A DNA stretch of 63,702 nt, filler included, from Octopus bimaculoides (taxonomy: Eukaryota), in assembly GCF_001194135.2 (NCBI RefSeq). It is 5 parts of 5 records of this genome, joined end to end, with 100 filler letters (N's around TTAATTAATTAA, not from the genome) between each part and the next. Parts side by side here need not be neighbours in the genome. Positions count along the whole stretch, not along the records: positions 62,451 to 63,702 come from NW_026313299.1; 4 more parts are not named here. One strand, written 5' to 3'. The notes beneath the pieces were generated by a model. The model saw only the letters and a list, made by a program, of their open reading frames with translations. It was not told the DNA's origin and ran no database searches. Both the position numbers and the translations under genes were made by a program. Position 1 is the stretch's first letter. Each line of letters begins with the position of its first letter. Shown here one piece after another: positions 63,465 through 63,702 of the stretch.

Positions 63465-63702
63465 TCTTTTATCTTTTACTTGTTTTAGTTAGCAAAATAT
63501 ACAACGCCTTCAAGAGATTTTGTCGAACGAATCGTGCTCAGTACTAATTTTTTTTAAAGTTTGGTAGTTATGCAACCGGTCTCTTATGTCAGGCCATAAA
63601 GCTACAGAGACCTAAACAAACCAACATCGGTTGTCAAGCGGTGGTGAGACAGACACAAACACACTCAAACACACTCAAACACACACCGAAACGCATATAT
63701 AT
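63465..63702 (-). mobile_element. SINE-A 3' half
   Basis: cttttacttgttttagt..gccttcaag..tttgtcgaac..ggttgtcaagcggtgg..acaaacacac. Confidence 0.75.

Overview
AT-rich, microsatellite-dense eukaryotic DNA with many N gaps, most likely from a coleoid cephalopod (Octopus). The species is an inference from the SINE families and repeat style. No host protein-coding gene can be confidently identified; the window reads as a large intron or intergenic transposon graveyard. It contains dozens of tRNA-headed SINEs from four families (informally A-D here) and DNA-transposon relics: DD37D maT, mariner, Tc1, Helitron, and hAT- and mariner-type MITEs. Non-LTR retrotransposon fragments include R4/Dong, L1/Tx1-like ORF1 and 3' ends, and an RTE-like end with three C2H2 fingers; there are also two distinct Penelope-like (PLE) reverse-transcriptase fragments. 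The main leads are: (i) several hammerhead-ribozyme-like motifs, the best inside a 450-bp foldback with one motif per arm; (ii) a candidate Tx1-like LINE / SINE-B partnership associated with (ATT)n arrays; (iii) nested and serial SINE insertions with readable target-site duplications (TSDs), plus a chimeric SINE; (iv) a candidate minus-strand exon at about 8.1 kb. Four N44-TTAATTAATTAA-N44 spacers are assembly linkers, so adjacency across them is unproven. All motif and alignment calls were made by eye; coordinates of degenerate elements are approximate.
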